DNA from: Deferribacterales bacterium
GTDB lineage: Bacteria > Chrysiogenota > Deferribacteres > Deferribacterales > Geovibrionaceae
Assembly (NCBI GenBank): GCA_050253335.1
Contig: JBFWJG010000039.1
Coordinates: 1-25,234, forward strand
DNA length: 25,234 nucleotides
Direction: 5' to 3'
Notes under the pieces: model-generated
What the model was told of the DNA's origin: nothing
The model's input: the letters and a program-made list of their open reading frames with translations, nothing else
Databases searched by the model: none
Program-made: the position numbers and the translations under genes
Part shown: in pieces, positions 1 through 8,960 of the stretch
Numbering within the stretch: the first letter of the stretch is position 1
How the letters are laid out: the number at the start of each line of letters is the position of its first letter

Positions 1-1
1 T

Positions 2-190
2 TTCAGATACGGCAGAAACGCATGGGGCGTTCAGTTTCACCCCGAGTTTGACTCATTCATAATGGAGCAGTACGCCGAGCACCAGAAACACAAGATCAAG
101 GAGCCCGAGAAAATAATGGCTCTCATAGCCGAAACGCCGGAAGCGAACGCTCTTCTGGCCGCTTTCATGGAAATGTTCACAAGGGACTGA
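2..190 (+). CDS. 3' end of a class I glutamine amidotransferase (truncated by window start)
   Basis: Manual translation of frame 2: FRYGRNAWGVQFHPEFDSFIMEQY...FTRD*. It contains the GATase-I 'GVQFHPE' His-Glu motif; TGA at 188-190. Confidence 0.85.
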   Translation, partial: FRYGRNAWGVQFHPEFDSFIMEQYAEHQKHKIKEPEKIMALIAETPEANALLAAFMEMFTRD

Positions 191-195
191 AGCGT

Positions 196-630
196 ATGCT
201 TTTCAGCAGAGAAGACCTGACGGAGCTTGCGGGAAAAAGCTGGATCGCCGTAACCACTAACGGAACGGTCAAACAGGACGGCACAGCAAACATGGGCAGG
301 GGAAACGCAAAAGAAACAGCGGAAAAGCTCCCGCACATAACAGCAGAACTGGGAAGACTCCTTGCGGAGAAGGGAAACCATGTGCATTACCTGGGCAGTA
401 TGGTGTTCAGCTTCCCCGTTGAGGAGACATGGCTCTCACAGGCTGAACTCAGGCTTGTTGAACGCTCCGCGGAAGAGCTTCTGAGAGAGGTCAGCGCCAG
501 AGGCATAGAGCGCATCACCCTCCCCCTTCCCGGCTGCGGCAAAGGCGGGCTGAAAAAGGCCGATGTGCTCCCTGTGCTTGAAAAGTATTTTGACGACAGG
601 TTTGTCATCACGGAAAAAGATGCTCAGTAA
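196..630 (+). CDS. Stand-alone macrodomain (ADP-ribose-binding/hydrolase-like) protein
   Basis: Motifs 'VTTNG...MGRGNA' and 'ITLPLPGCGKGGL' resemble the two phosphate-binding loops of macrodomains. Starts 5 nt after the GATase stop. Confidence 0.7.
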   Translation: MLFSREDLTELAGKSWIAVTTNGTVKQDGTANMGRGNAKETAEKLPHITAELGRLLAEKGNHVHYLGSMVFSFPVEETWLSQAELRLVERSAEELLREVSARGIERITLPLPGCGKGGLKKADVLPVLEKYFDDRFVITEKDAQ

Positions 631-1232
631 GAGGCGAAAGCTCTCACGCTGCATCCGTCGGAATCGGCGTATTTCAGCGGCAGAGCGGTGAAATTCACCT
701 CAGCGGGCAATTTCTCCAGACAGGCAAGGTTTTCTATAATCAGCATCCCGCTCCCCAGAACAACTCTATGCACAGGCAGTTCCGCAACCCCCACGGCATC
801 AACTGAGATACAGTCAAGCCCTATTCCCTTGAGCCTGAGCCCCGCCAGATACTCCGCAGCTTTCAGGGAAAGAACGGGAAAACCATCAAAATATTCATCC
901 CTGCCCCATTTACCGCCCCAGCCGGTGCGGAGCAGGATAAATCCGAATCCTTCGGCAGATTCAAGCATTTCCGGCTCAATGGTCTTTGTACCCTGCGGAA
1001 TGTCTATCACAACGGCTCTGCCTGTGAACTCCTCTATGGAATAGTCCTCAAGCTTCCTGCCTTCCTTAAAAACATGATAAGGCGCATCCATGTGCGTTCC
1101 GGTGTGGGAAAACATGTGGAAAAGCGTTTCACGGTATCCGTCAATCTCAAGCTTTTCAAGAACCGGCTTTTCGGTTCCCGGGTAAACAGGCATGTTTTCG
1201 GTAATTGTATGAGTGAGATCTATGTACTTCAT
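624..1232 (-). CDS. Cyclase family / kynurenine formamidase-like metal-dependent hydrolase
   Basis: 'HTGTHMDAPYH' signature, N-terminal 'IDLTHTI...MPVYPG', and 'IIENL'. Confidence 0.9.
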   Translation of the reverse strand: MKYIDLTHTITENMPVYPGTEKPVLEKLEIDGYRETLFHMFSHTGTHMDAPYHVFKEGRKLEDYSIEEFTGRAVVIDIPQGTKTIEPEMLESAEGFGFILLRTGWGGKWGRDEYFDGFPVLSLKAAEYLAGLRLKGIGLDCISVDAVGVAELPVHRVVLGSGMLIIENLACLEKLPAEVNFTALPLKYADSDGCSVRAFASY

Positions 1233-1349
1233 ATTCCATTTCTCCTTACAAAGTCCTTGCTTTTTCCGCGGGGATGCTCCATTAGTTTTATTTTCCCCAT
1301 GAACTGCTTTATACTTGAAGCAGTCAGAACGTAAAGAGGTTTTTTCGAT

Positions 1350-2150
1350 ATGCAGCAGGAAATAATGTGGCGTGTGGTAGGCACACTGCTTGTAATAGCC
1401 GTAGCCATAATTTCACGCATAATTTTTCTCCGTTATGTGCAAAAGCACAACTTCCCCAATGCGGATGCGAAAAGACGTGTGCTGGTAACCACCCGCAATA
1501 TGTTTTTCCTCACCGTCATCCTTATTATCAGCATAATCTGGCTTTCCCACATAAGAGACATGGCCATATCCCTCGCCGCCATTGCCGTGGCTCTGGTTAT
1601 TGCCACAAAGGAGATACTCCTCTGTTTTCTCGCTGGAATAATAAGGGGAATCACCCAGCCGTTCAGGGTAGCAGACAGGATAGAGGTCAACGGGCTGAGG
1701 GGCGACGTTATAGATGTAAATCTCATAGGCACAACCCTGCTGGAAATAAGCTCCACCCACCAGTACACAGGACGGACGGTGACTCTCCCCAACAGCCTTT
1801 TCATGAGCTATCCGGTAATAAATGAAACCTATCTGGATGAATTCATGCTCCACATTTTCAGCATTCCCCTGAAAAGGGAGGAAGATCTGGAAAAAACCGA
1901 GAAGATAATTCTGGATGCGGCCAACGAGGTATGCACAGAATACCTCGGAAGCGCAGTGAAATACATGACGGAAGTAAGCACCAGAGCAGGCCTTGAGGTT
2001 CCATCAGTTGAGCCGAGGGTATCCATAGAGTTTCCCGACAGGGAAACAGTGAACCTCCTTGTCCGTGTTCCCGTGCCTTCACGCAGAAAAGGGAGGATAG
2101 AGCAGGCGATCATCCGCCTTTATCTCACCAAACTGAAAGAGCAGGCCTAA
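1350..2150 (+). CDS. MscS-family mechanosensitive ion channel
   Basis: N-terminal TM helices, then 'PFRVADRIEVNGLRGDVIDVNL' and 'VTLPNS' typical of the MscS beta domain. GAGG upstream. Confidence 0.85.
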   Translation: MQQEIMWRVVGTLLVIAVAIISRIIFLRYVQKHNFPNADAKRRVLVTTRNMFFLTVILIISIIWLSHIRDMAISLAAIAVALVIATKEILLCFLAGIIRGITQPFRVADRIEVNGLRGDVIDVNLIGTTLLEISSTHQYTGRTVTLPNSLFMSYPVINETYLDEFMLHIFSIPLKREEDLEKTEKIILDAANEVCTEYLGSAVKYMTEVSTRAGLEVPSVEPRVSIEFPDRETVNLLVRVPVPSRRKGRIEQAIIRLYLTKLKEQA

Positions 2151-3208
2151 AACCACCGCTTGCGCCGGACATATATCACCATGGCGCAGACAACGCAGGC
2201 CATAAGCCCAAGCACAGCCGGATAGCCCCACGGCTTGGCAAGCTCCGGCATGTGCTGAAAGTTCATGCCGTAGACCCCTGCGATGAATGTCAGAGGGATG
2301 AATATAGCGGAAAAAACAGTGAGCACCTTAATGACTTCGTTCATCTGCTGTCCGTTGAGGGAAACATAGAGATTGAACATATCCGTGGCCGCGGAATGCA
2401 CAGATTCCACTATGTCCCGCATATGCTTGTAGTGATCCTCCAAATCCCTGTAATAAGGCATCACCTCGTCCGGAATATCCAGATAGTCGCTCACCTTGAT
2501 GCTGTTTATTATCTCCATATACCTCCAGAGAGAGCGCTTGGCGTGCCCCATGAGCTGTTTTATGCGGTAAATCTCCGCAATGTCGAATTCCTGAAAGTTT
2601 TCCTGAACAACCTCTTCCATCTCCTCCACTGTGTCTATTATACGATTGAGAGTTTCATAGCTTCCGTCGCTCAGGGCATCAAGCAGGGCAAAAAGGAAGT
2701 AAGGCAGCCCCATCTTCCGCAGTTTGGTATTTTTCTGGGAAAGCCTCTTGAAAAGCTTGAGATACATGGGCACGGGTTCCGCGCTGAATGTGATTATATA
2801 ATTTTCGCCCACAATTATCTTCGTATCCGCAATTGTGAAGTTCTCTTTATTATGGCTGTATGTCAGAGACTTAACGATTATAAACACGAAGTTGTCATAT
2901 TCCTCGAATTTAAGGGGCTGGGAGCCGTTCTGAATATCCTCCAGAACAAGATCATGCACATCAAGTTTTCTGCCCAGTTCCCGCAGAACATCGTGGGTGG
3001 CGTGTCCGGTCACGTTCAGCCAGTTGATTGTGCCTTCCCTGCTTATGGCTTCGATGCATGCCTCCGCAGTGTCGCAGGAGGAGTGATCCATAATTTCCTC
3101 GCTGTAGCTGGTGCATGAGGCGAAAAAGCCTAAATCTGCCGTTTCCTCGTGCAGGGTTCCGGGTGCCGCGCCCAGCCTTTTTTCCGGTGTTTTGAAAAAT
3201 CTCAGCAT
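2147..3208 (-). CDS. corA: Magnesium/cobalt transporter CorA
   Basis: 'FIPLTFIAGVYGMNF...MPEL' GMN signature, two C-terminal TM helices, N-terminal 'GAAPGTL'. Confidence 0.93.
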   Translation of the reverse strand: MLRFFKTPEKRLGAAPGTLHEETADLGFFASCTSYSEEIMDHSSCDTAEACIEAISREGTINWLNVTGHATHDVLRELGRKLDVHDLVLEDIQNGSQPLKFEEYDNFVFIIVKSLTYSHNKENFTIADTKIIVGENYIITFSAEPVPMYLKLFKRLSQKNTKLRKMGLPYFLFALLDALSDGSYETLNRIIDTVEEMEEVVQENFQEFDIAEIYRIKQLMGHAKRSLWRYMEIINSIKVSDYLDIPDEVMPYYRDLEDHYKHMRDIVESVHSAATDMFNLYVSLNGQQMNEVIKVLTVFSAIFIPLTFIAGVYGMNFQHMPELAKPWGYPAVLGLMACVVCAMVIYVRRKRWF

Positions 3209-3224
3209 CCTGAAAAGCCTCCCG

Positions 3225-4589
3225 TTATCTTGAAGTGTTTCTTCCCGCGAGGGACATAACCGCGCCCGCGGCGCATATCAGTGAAAACAGCACGAAAGCG
3301 GCGCGCAGGGCGGTGATAAGCCCTTCCTCGCTCATGGTTTCAATCTTCGCGGAACCTGCGAACATATTAAGGATGATAACTGATGCCGCTATGCTGAATG
3401 TCTGCCCCATGAGGCGCATTGTGGAAAGGGTTGACGCGGCGAAGCCGTAGTCCTTCTTTTCCACCGAGTTCATGATCACGGTGTTGTTCGGCGTGGAAAA
3501 AATTCCAAGCCCCAGCCCAAGAACAAAAAGCATCAGCACAATCTGATAAAGCTCCGCCCTGCCCGTCATAAAAGCCATCATGGAGAGCACGCAGGCGATA
3601 ATCAGCATCCCGCCGAAGGCAAGGTTCTTAGGGTTTGACCTGTCGGACATTTTACCCGCGAAAGGGGTAACAGCCGCCATAGCCAGAGGCTGTGCCAGCA
3701 TGACCATGCCGGCCTTTTCCGAGGTGAGGCCGTAATTAAGCTGAAGTTCCATGCTGACCAGAAACAGAACTCCGGCAGTGGCGCAGTAGTTCAGCATGGA
3801 CGCGCTGTTGGCAAAGCCGAAGGTGCGGTTGCCGAAGAACAGGCGGACATTTATCAGCGGATCCTTCTGTCTGTATTCGTAATAAGTCATAATTATCATA
3901 ACAATAAGACCGAGACCGAAGGCGGAGTAGCCCCTCGCGTCCGGAACGGAAAGCCCGCCGAATATCAGAAGCACCATAAGCATGAACAGCGCCATGCCCG
4001 TGTAGTCGCTCACTTTTCCGTCCCTCCCCTTTACAGGCTGAAGAACTGTGAACGAATACAGGGAAACAAACGCCGCCATAACCCATGTTACATGCAGAAT
4101 GCTCCGCCAGCCGTAAATTTCGTTCAGAAAACCGCCTATAACAGGCCCGACGGAAAGCCCTGTGTAAACCGTGAAAGTGACCCAGCCTATGGCCCGCCCG
4201 CGCTCCTCCGGCGGGTAAACACAGGAAACAAGCGCCATTCCGCTGCAGTAAATGAGAGCGGAAGCCGCCCCCTGAAGAAACCTGAAAACTATGAGAAGCT
4301 CACCCGAGGGCGCAAACCCGCAGGCCATCGTTGTAACAGCGAATGAGGCCATGCCCGCCCTGAAAACAGCCGGATAGCCGAGATAATCCGCAAACCTGCC
4401 CGCGGGCATGAGCAGTATCGCGCTTGCCAGCACGAAGCCGGAAATAACCCATCCCGTCATGGTGACGCTCATCTGAAGATTAAGGGCAATTACCGGAACG
4501 GCAACCACCATTGCGCTCCCCATAAATCCGGTGAGGAAGTAGCCCGCCATAACGGCAAAAAGAGTGTATTTTCTGTTATTAATGTTCAA
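3225..4589 (-). CDS. MFS transporter, EmrB/QacA (DHA2)-like
   Basis: Many TM segments, motif A 'GRFADYLG', and 'ERGRAIG...GPVIGG'. TTG start preceded by AGGAG. Confidence 0.9.
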   Translation of the reverse strand: MNINNRKYTLFAVMAGYFLTGFMGSAMVVAVPVIALNLQMSVTMTGWVISGFVLASAILLMPAGRFADYLGYPAVFRAGMASFAVTTMACGFAPSGELLIVFRFLQGAASALIYCSGMALVSCVYPPEERGRAIGWVTFTVYTGLSVGPVIGGFLNEIYGWRSILHVTWVMAAFVSLYSFTVLQPVKGRDGKVSDYTGMALFMLMVLLIFGGLSVPDARGYSAFGLGLIVMIIMTYYEYRQKDPLINVRLFFGNRTFGFANSASMLNYCATAGVLFLVSMELQLNYGLTSEKAGMVMLAQPLAMAAVTPFAGKMSDRSNPKNLAFGGMLIIACVLSMMAFMTGRAELYQIVLMLFVLGLGLGIFSTPNNTVIMNSVEKKDYGFAASTLSTMRLMGQTFSIAASVIILNMFAGSAKIETMSEEGLITALRAAFVLFSLICAAGAVMSLAGRNTSR

Positions 4590-4705
4590 TTCATTCTCCT
4601 TTCAGACATTTTAAATTATAACCCAACAGACCGCAAAGATCACCTGCGCATTTTTCTTTTGCCAATGGACGGAGAAAAAGCTATTTTTCTTATCCGTACA
4701 CGTTT

Positions 4706-6028
4706 ATGAGAAAAATTAAGATTTTCATCCTCTCCCACAAATTTAATAAAAACAGCATAGCCGCGCTGACCGGAGCATTACAGACCTGCCCCGAAACAGC
4801 GGAGCTTGAGCCGTCCGTCATGTGGAACAGCGAAGATCTGCTCCGAAGCTCAGCGCAGGCATCAGACGAAGGACTTCTGCCTGTCATATGCTTCTCGTTC
4901 ACCACGCTCCACTTTCTGGACACTGTGAAGGAGCTTCTTTTTCTTAAAAAGAATCTGGACTTTCTCCCGCTCCCCCCTGTTTACATTGCGGGCGGGGCAC
5001 ACCCCAGCGGCTCTCCGGAGGAAACCCTCGGGTGCGGGTTTGACTTCGCTGTCAAAGGCGAAGGGGAGCACGCATTTCCCGAAATGATTAAAGCGCTCAT
5101 AAACGAAGAAGATCCCTGCGGAATAAAAGGCGTTTGCAGGCTGGATAACGGGAAGCTCATATCAAAAGGGCGTGCGGAGGCGGTGAATCTGGATGACTAC
5201 CCTCCCTTCCCTGTCAGGCTGACCAAGTTCAGCTACATAGAGATAACCAGAGGCTGCCCCGTTGCATGCAGATACTGCCAGACCAGCTATATTCAGGGCG
5301 CGCGATACCGCCACAGATCCCCTGACAAGGTGCTGGGCTATGCCGAAAGGCTCGTCTCCCTCGGCGTGAAAGATCTGCGGTTCATCACGCCGGACTGCCT
5401 CTCATACGGCAGTTATGACGTGGGCAGACCGGATGTCCCGTTCATTGAAAAATTCCTGAAGGATATGAAAAAATGCGCCGGAACAAGCAATGTGCATTTC
5501 GGCTCATTCCCCTCCGAAGTGTTCCCCACCTCCGTAACGGATGAATCCATGGAGCTCCTCGCCGCTTACGCCTCAAACGACAACATAGTTATAGGCGCGC
5601 AGACAGGAAGCGACAGACTGATGCGCCACATAGGGCGCACTCACACTGTGGACGATGTGAGAAAAGCGGTGGGGATCATACTGAAAAAAGGCTTCGCCGC
5701 CAATGTGGATTTCATGTTCGGTCTGCCCGGTGAAACAGAAGAGGACGAGGAAGAGAGCATACGCTTCATGACCGAGCTCTGCTCTATGGGCGCCAAGGTG
5801 CACAGCCATACTTTCATGCCTCTGGCGGGAACACCGTTCGGCAGCCTGCCGCCTGTGACAGTATCGCCGAAGACTGTGCAGATGCTTGAAAAGCTCGCGG
5901 GATACGGAATCCAGTACGGCTCATGGAGGGCGCAGATGGAAAAGTCCAGCAGGCTGGCATATTTCAGAAAAATTTTCGCCGAAACCAAAAACGCGGAAAG
6001 GGCGGTCACCGAGTCCGATAACTACTAG
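4706..6028 (+). CDS. B12-binding domain / radical SAM protein (TIGR04013/MJ_1487-like)
   Basis: 'IAGGAHPS...GFDFAVKGEGE' B12-binding-like region, CxxxCxxC in 'EITRGCPVACRYC', and 'HSHTFMPLAGTPF'. Confidence 0.85.
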   Translation: MRKIKIFILSHKFNKNSIAALTGALQTCPETAELEPSVMWNSEDLLRSSAQASDEGLLPVICFSFTTLHFLDTVKELLFLKKNLDFLPLPPVYIAGGAHPSGSPEETLGCGFDFAVKGEGEHAFPEMIKALINEEDPCGIKGVCRLDNGKLISKGRAEAVNLDDYPPFPVRLTKFSYIEITRGCPVACRYCQTSYIQGARYRHRSPDKVLGYAERLVSLGVKDLRFITPDCLSYGSYDVGRPDVPFIEKFLKDMKKCAGTSNVHFGSFPSEVFPTSVTDESMELLAAYASNDNIVIGAQTGSDRLMRHIGRTHTVDDVRKAVGIILKKGFAANVDFMFGLPGETEEDEEESIRFMTELCSMGAKVHSHTFMPLAGTPFGSLPPVTVSPKTVQMLEKLAGYGIQYGSWRAQMEKSSRLAYFRKIFAETKNAERAVTESDNY

Positions 6029-6072
6029 GTGCCGCCCGTCCAGAGGTGTAGGCATATATAAATTATAATCCT

Positions 6073-6630
6073 TTAAAGTCCCAGTTCGTCTGAAATCTCG
6101 GAAAGTGCGTTTATGACAAAGCCGATGTGCTCGTCCGCATCTGTTCCCAGTTCTTCCATCCCTTTTATAATGTCTTCCCTGTTTACTGCTCTGGCGAAGC
6201 TTTTATCCTTGAGCTTCTTCTTAACGCTCTTAACTTCGACATTGGCAATCTTTCTGTCAGGGCGGACATAGGCGCAGGCAAGAAGAAAGCCGCAGAGCTC
6301 ATCCACCGCGAAAAGCGTTTTTTCCATGGGTGTTTCGCGGGTTATCCCCGTGTGTTCGCCGTGGCTCATCACAGCCCTGACAATGTCCTCGGGCCAGCCT
6401 TTTTCCCTGAGGATCTCACACCCCTTATACGGGTGTTCCTCAAGGCTGGGGAACAGTTCATAATCAAAATCATGAATCAGCCCCGTAATGCCCCATTTCT
6501 CCTCATCAGCGCCGGACTTGCGGGCATAAGCCCTCATGGCCTGCTCCACCGACAAGGCGTGTTTCAGAAGCGAATCCGACTTGGTGTACTCGTTCAGAAG
6601 CGCGTAGGCCTGTTCTCTGTTAAGCTCCAT
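6073..6630 (-). CDS. HD/HDIG-domain metal-dependent phosphohydrolase
   Basis: 'KHALSVE', 'GLIHDFDYE', 'SHGEH', 'AVDELCG'. GAGG upstream. Confidence 0.88.
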   Translation of the reverse strand: MELNREQAYALLNEYTKSDSLLKHALSVEQAMRAYARKSGADEEKWGITGLIHDFDYELFPSLEEHPYKGCEILREKGWPEDIVRAVMSHGEHTGITRETPMEKTLFAVDELCGFLLACAYVRPDRKIANVEVKSVKKKLKDKSFARAVNREDIIKGMEELGTDADEHIGFVINALSEISDELGL

Positions 6631-7132
6631 AAATTCTGCCTCACTCTTTAATTAATAAGGCAGATTTTAAACCCTTACGGAGTTTTCGGCAACAGCTCAT
6701 CATACGCAGATGCCGGCAAACCGGGTATTATTAAAAATACAAAACTCATCTATAAGAAATACAGATAACGCAGGATAGATATCACTGAATTAAGCGGCGA
6801 TCAAGATATATTTTTAGCCTATTAACAAAGATGCTTCCGCAGAACATCATTCCGGAAACCGGCATCGGAAAAAGAACTTCCGCATCCGCCATTTATACAA
6901 ACACGGCACAGGCGTGAAAAAGACCCGCCCGTTCATCTTCACCGAACAAATAACCCTATTGCGGTCAGCCGTAGGATTATTTCTCCGCATAAATCCTAAA
7001 GAGGCTTTTTCAAATTTATTCATTGCGCACTAAAGTTAATTTTATATTCAATCTTCTTTAGTAGATAAACCCCGAAAAAGCACTCCGCAAGACACTTCAA
7101 ACACGTTCAGGGCAAAAATGCTTAACAAATGC

Positions 7133-7161
7133 TTGACAGCCCTCTTTTTTACCTGTATAGT
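7133..7161 (+). promoter_or_regulatory. sigma70-type promoter for the 7212 gene
   Basis: TTGACA (7133-7138), 17 nt spacer, TATAGT (7156-7161). Confidence 0.7.
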
Positions 7162-7211
7162 CTTATTATAAATCAAAACATCATTCTATTAATATTTCAG
7201 GTTTTACAGCA

Positions 7212-7568
7212 ATGACTTTTAAGAAAATGAACACCGAACTGCATAATGAACTGCTCAGGGGCATAGATTTCCACATTACGGAACATGAGCCTGAGACTCC
7301 GTTCTTCGATGCGGATAATATAAGAAAACTTCTCTGCAAAGCAAAGACATGCGGAATAGACATTCTGGGAATAGAGTGCTGGACAAGCAACCGTCTGGAT
7401 TATTTCACAACCGTCTGCCGCGACATATACGTTTCATCCAGACGCATACCCGAAAGCCAGTGGGCGGACAGCGCCCTTGAAGAGATAATGAACGAATACG
7501 GCGAAAAAGTGCTGGAAAAATTTCCGGATGACAAACCCCTTTTCGCTGTCGAGTTCAGAGGAAACTAA
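7212..7568 (+). CDS. Hypothetical acidic protein
   Basis: 118-aa ORF behind a near-consensus promoter. No family confidently recognised. Confidence 0.7.
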   Translation: MTFKKMNTELHNELLRGIDFHITEHEPETPFFDADNIRKLLCKAKTCGIDILGIECWTSNRLDYFTTVCRDIYVSSRRIPESQWADSALEEIMNEYGEKVLEKFPDDKPLFAVEFRGN

Positions 7569-7573
7569 AAGGC

Positions 7574-8920
7574 CTACTCTCCCAGATAAAGCTCCATCCC
7601 CTTCCCCTGAACGCTCACAAGGAAGTCTTTAAAAGACTCGGCAGCTGAACCCTGCGCCTTTTCCCTTTCGGTGTTGATCAGAGCATAATTATCTTTCAGT
7701 GCAGAAACAACCCTGCCGTCTATCTTGTTTCTTCCGGCCAGCTCTTCCAGAACAGAAATAACTCCTGCCCTGTCCATTCCGGCTCTGTAGGGTCTGTCCT
7801 CCGTGAGTGCGGTGAAGATATCCGCCACTGCCATTATGCGGCAGCCGAGGTCGAGCCTGTCCCCTTTGACATGAAAGGGATACCCGTTTCCGTCCAGTGT
7901 TTCATGATGAAAGGAGGCCCACTCCTTAATGTTGTCGAAAATTTCAAAACAGTTGAGGGCGTAATATGTGTAGTAGGTGTGTTTTTTGATCATTCTCTGC
8001 TCGCTTATGTTCAACGCGCCGTTTTTATAAAGCACATCAGGCAGAACCGCCAGTTTGCCCAGATCGTGCAGATATCCGGCTATCTCCATGTTCCGGACAG
8101 ATTCCGCGTTCATGCCCAGTATCTCGGCAAGGAGCGAGGCTGTTTTCGCCACGCCTGCTGAATGGGTTGATGTGAAACTGCACCGGAAGTCGATTATGCG
8201 GCTTATCAGCTTGGATATCTCCAGAATTTCAGCGGAACCCAGAACAAGGGTGCTGAAGCGGTAGTCCCGCTTGAGAATGCGGTATTTATCAGGTTCCTCA
8301 AGGTTGAACCAGAAAGATTCCTTCTCCGCAAGGTGCATAAAGGCATCCACATGCGAAGGCTTGAACCATTTGCCTTTCATGGAGGCGATCTTCTCCATTA
8401 CGGAAGCCTTCTGCTCAAGGGCGCTCTTGTTTCTGTCGGTGAGGATGTCCACCCTGTCCGCCAGATGGATAATAAGCGCGCCTTCGGAAACAGCGGTATC
8501 AGCGGGATATGCGGTTTTCCCGTGGTTCCATTTCCCGTGGTGGTGGCGTATCATCCCGGATATATCGCCGAAATGCTCCGTATTTTTAAACAGCAGATGC
8601 CCGACATAGCCGTGTCCGTATTCATGCCCCGTAAACTCAGGATTTGCCAGTTCGCGGAACTCCTTTTCAGCAACAACGCCTATATCGTGCAGGGCGGAAG
8701 CCGCGACGACATCATTGACGGTGCTCTCCGGAAGCCCGTATTCACGGGCAATGACGCCGGCTATGTAAGCAACCCTCTGATGGTGGCTGTTGATAAACGG
8801 ATTCACAAGATCAACAACACGGGAAAGTCCCATGATGAGGTCAAGACGTGAAATTACATAAGAACGCAGATTGTTTTTACTGCCTGCGTGCTCTGCTGAC
8901 TCAATATTTGCTGCTGCCAT
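7574..8920 (-). CDS. Tandem HD / HD-GYP domain phosphodiesterase
   Basis: N-terminal 'HHQRVAY...LHDIG' domain and C-terminal 'HSAGVA...LHDLGK...HHETLDGNGYP...DRPYR' domain. Start moved from the track's 9082 to ATG 8920, which has GGAG upstream and does not overlap the upstream gene. Confidence 0.88.
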   Translation of the reverse strand: MAAANIESAEHAGSKNNLRSYVISRLDLIMGLSRVVDLVNPFINSHHQRVAYIAGVIAREYGLPESTVNDVVAASALHDIGVVAEKEFRELANPEFTGHEYGHGYVGHLLFKNTEHFGDISGMIRHHHGKWNHGKTAYPADTAVSEGALIIHLADRVDILTDRNKSALEQKASVMEKIASMKGKWFKPSHVDAFMHLAEKESFWFNLEEPDKYRILKRDYRFSTLVLGSAEILEISKLISRIIDFRCSFTSTHSAGVAKTASLLAEILGMNAESVRNMEIAGYLHDLGKLAVLPDVLYKNGALNISEQRMIKKHTYYTYYALNCFEIFDNIKEWASFHHETLDGNGYPFHVKGDRLDLGCRIMAVADIFTALTEDRPYRAGMDRAGVISVLEELAGRNKIDGRVVSALKDNYALINTEREKAQGSAAESFKDFLVSVQGKGMELYLGE

Positions 8921-8960
8921 CCGTACTCCGCTGATCTGAATTAGTTTCGGAAGATGAGTG

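Noticed and set aside
2252..3118. 288-aa + strand ORF and other long antisense ORFs in the track
   Set aside because: Shadow frames of well-supported genes (corA, MCPs, hflX and others) with no motifs.
6847..7023. 58-codon minus-strand ORF (MNKFEKASLG...) in the long intergenic region
   Set aside because: No SD, Arg/Phe/Cys-rich composition typical of spurious frames, no recognisable motif.
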